DNA of 63,957 bases, filler included, from Catajapyx aquilonaris (lineage: Eukaryota), in assembly GCA_000934665.2 (NCBI GenBank). It is 4 parts of 4 records of this genome, joined end to end, with 100 filler letters (N's around TTAATTAATTAA, not from the genome) between each part and the next. Parts side by side here need not be neighbours in the genome. Positions count along the whole stretch, not along the records: positions 48,024 to 63,957 come from JYFJ02007359.1; 3 more parts are not named here. The stretch is one strand, 5' to 3'. The notes beneath the pieces are model-generated. The model was not told the DNA's origin, searched no databases, and saw only the letters and a list, made by a program, of their open reading frames with translations. The stretch's first letter is position 1. The number at the start of each line of letters is the position of its first letter. Positions 61,366 to 63,957 of this stretch are shown here, piece after piece. Position numbers and translations under genes: made by a program.

Positions 61366-61575
61366 TCTGGCACCATGTGTGACGTCAACAAGATGGTCGC
61401 CGACGTCACGTAAGGTGGCCCAATGTGGCCGCTTCCACGTGTCACATACAAACAAGATGGCCGCTTCCACGTCTTACATATGAACAAGATGGCGGCTCCA
61501 TGCGTCACGTATAATAACAAGGTGGCCGCTTCCACGTGGTACATATAAAGAAGGTGCCGCCTCCATGGGTCACAT
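61366..61575. repeat. ~31-bp minisatellite rich in CAAGATGG(C) and CACGT motifs
   Basis: AACAAG(A/G)TGGCCGCTTCCACGT..CACAT units, ~5-6 copies. Confidence 0.8.
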
Positions 61576-62325
61576 AAAAAAAAAATGACTGACGGTCCTA
61601 GAACTGGAGCTGGATCGGGCCTAGACAAGAACAGAGTCTTAAAAAACATGGAAAAGAGAGGAAAATTGTTGTACAAAAAGTTCCAGTGTATGTGCAGTGT
61701 TGGTGCTTTCTTTTTTTTAAAGGTTTATTTGTCGCCTATAGACGCAACCATTTTTTGGGTGCAAAACATGCTTTTTTCATTTAAATTGGGTACAAGGATT
61801 TGGGGTGTTTTGGGGGAGGAAACCATCGCTAAGGCTATACAGAAGACGCCGAAGAGTACAGTACAGTATAGTACATGACCATACAAGTTTTGGCACTTGG
61901 TAACAAAAGGAAGTTGTCTTGGTAAAAACGTGTCTCCAGTCGCGTCCATTTTTTTTACTTTTTAAGGAGGGTGGGGATTGGCTAAAAGACGGGATAAACC
62001 CCGCCCCCTTTCCCAGCCTATGTGGCGGAAAAATACAACTCCATTGTTGCCCTATCCATTGTTGGCATTCCCCACCCCCAGTAATTACCCGGGGTTGAGC
62101 TGACAGAAAAGCAAGGCTTCTTCCAAGAACGGGGGGTTCAGGGGGTGGGTTAGAGCTGTGATATAGGGTGTGGGGGGTAATTTATTTCCCAATTGCCAAA
62201 AAAAAATTGAATTCGATGGAAGTCACGAGTCACCTCTCTCGCATCCGGGGTTTGGGGTCACGAGTACACAGGGTCAACGGAGTGACCGTGCGGTTTGGCG
62301 CGGTAAGAATATGCTGATGCCTGTG

Positions 62326-62462
62326 TTACAAAGGGTCAGGGACGTGGTGGAGGTCAACCAGTTCGGACACGCTCAGAGACGAGGGGAGAAGGATGTTGAC
62401 CAGTGTGATGACCGACAGGGCGTGCAGCCAAAAGGGCCACCTCACCACGGTGCTGCTGCTTC
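62326..62462 (-). CDS. Probable terminal coding exon of an unidentified gene (hydrophobic C-terminus, TM/GPI-signal-like)
   Basis: Acceptor CTTTCTTGCAG; SSSTVVRWPFWLHALSVITLVNILLPSSLSVSELVDLHHVPDPL*; no family recognised. Confidence 0.45.
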
Positions 62463-62468
62463 CTGCAA

Positions 62469-63240
62469 GAAAGTTGCGGACAAAAGTTGACCTCGAGGTC
62501 AAAGGTCACAACCATGCAACAGCTAGCCATTAAAGCCCCATATGATAGCTCATGTTGTAGTATAATGACAGAAAATGACTGAAGTGAAATTTGACGCCGA
62601 AGAGAAAAGTTGGGGACAAAGTTGACCTGTGGTCAAAGGTCACGACCATGCAACAGCCAGCAATAAAAGCCAGCTACGATAGGTCATAAAGTAGTATAAT
62701 GGTACAAAATGACAAGTGAAATTCGACCCCGATGAGAAAAGTTCCAGACAATAGTTGACCTGAGGTCAAAGGTCACAATTATGCACCAGTGGGATATAAA
62801 GTCTTTACATCTTCGGTCATGTAATACTAAAAGAGCTCAAAACGACTCAAACAGACATAAAAGGTACAAAAATGTTGACCCAAGGTCAAGGGTCACCATG
62901 CAACCAAGCAACACCGAGCAGTAAAAGTCGAGTAAAAGCCAAGCTACAAACACAGCAACAAAATGCATACATAAAGCACAAAAATGCAAAAGTGAATTAT
63001 GACACATGAGGTCAAAGGTCACCTTACATCACTCATGTATCAGCCAGCAATAAGAGACAAACTTTACGCCTTATGCAGTATCGCAATAGCTCTAAATGAC
63101 GGAATGTAATTTGACACCTTTGAAAAAAGTTTCGGACAGTTGGCCAGAGGTCAAAGGTAACAACCCCCCAGCAGCCAGCAATAAAGCCAAACTTTACCGA
63201 GGCTACTAAGGTATAACAGCTCAAAAGTGACATTTGACAC
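62469..63240. repeat. ~130-bp tandem repeat, 6 units, each with an AGGTCAAAGGTCA-type motif
   Basis: Motif at 62496, 62630, 62763, 62883, 63009 and 63148. Confidence 0.8.
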
Positions 63241-63530
63241 CGACTGACCTCTAAGGTCAATTTACACTTCATTGAAAAATCGCCTCAATCTTTACTATCG
63301 ATAATATCTACTCAATGTACAGGCAATCGTTTAACTCCCTGAACACACTTATTCCAAAACTTTACGACTCATGTAAAACCGGTAGTAAATAGCTCAGAAA
63401 TGACTGCAGTTGACACCGACTGATCTAGCTGTGGTCGAATTACCCTTCAGTGAAAAATCACCTCAATCTTTACTATCGATGGTATCTACTCAATACACAC
63501 AGCATACCGTTTAACTCCCTGAGCACACCT
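63235..63530. repeat. Direct repeat, ~177-bp period
   Basis: TGACACCGACTGA..TGAAAAATC.CCTCAATCTTTACTATCGAT..CGTTTAACTCCCTGA occurs twice. Confidence 0.8.
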
Positions 63531-63957
63531 AGGACCAGGGATGACCCCGATTGCTTCTTCCATCAGGTCACCCGCAAAGTCGATTAAACTTCGACCCCCC
63601 CCCCCTCGGCCCCCCAATGCTATGGTACCTCGAAACATCACGAGACTATAGAAATTTGTTGTGCACGTGGGGATGGGGAGGCAGTAGCTTTCATCCCATG
63701 CCCGTAGCCCGCAAGGCCTGCTTCGAATGCAGAGTTAGCACCGCAAGCACTTCCCGATCCTTTAATCTCCCCACGTTACGCTCCCTCCTTCCCCTCCTTC
63801 CCCTACCTTCCAGTTCTCCCTTCAAAGACGCCATATTGCATACGGAACGAGAGGACATATCTAGTCAGGGGGTTATGGCAACGCATTTTGGGGGGTTCAA
63901 AATGGAAGGGCGGGATGGAGGGGTGTATAAAGAAAAACACGTGGCGATTAGCTGACC

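Noticed and set aside
61366..61575. CRISPR-like array (also 2019-2095, 15417-15845, 62469-63240)
   Set aside because: No unique spacers between identical repeats, no cas genes, eukaryotic intron-containing context

Overview
Eukaryotic DNA from an invertebrate animal, probably an arthropod. It consists of four ~15.9-kb pieces (1-15929, 16030-31913, 32014-47923, 48024-63957) joined by identical artificial 100-bp spacers (N44-TTAATTAATTAA-N44), so adjacency across spacers is not evidence of linkage. Host genes: a nearly complete minus-strand HELLS/LSH (DDM1-type SNF2 remodeler; 13 exons traced, 19694-28310, 5' end unresolved), three plus-strand N-terminal exons of WASHC2/FAM21 (34622-46952), and a probable terminal exon of an unidentified membrane/GPI-type protein (62326-62462). 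The rest is densely nested transposon sequence: about six tRNA-derived SINE families (V-domain, Nin/Deu-domain, Lm1/Talua-like and others), LINE relics, hAT, piggyBac, Kolobok-type, MULE-like, pogo and Tc1/mariner MITEs, non-autonomous Helitrons and satellites. The most striking feature is the number of long fold-back (palindromic) elements. Two of them come from unrelated mariner families, consist of two 5' ends joined around a short loop, and fold at almost the same point of the transposase (just after HTH1, around the RSGRP linker). Several fold-backs lie in HELLS or WASHC2 introns, and their arm mismatches include many CpG transitions. Family assignments rest on recalled motifs; no database search was run.
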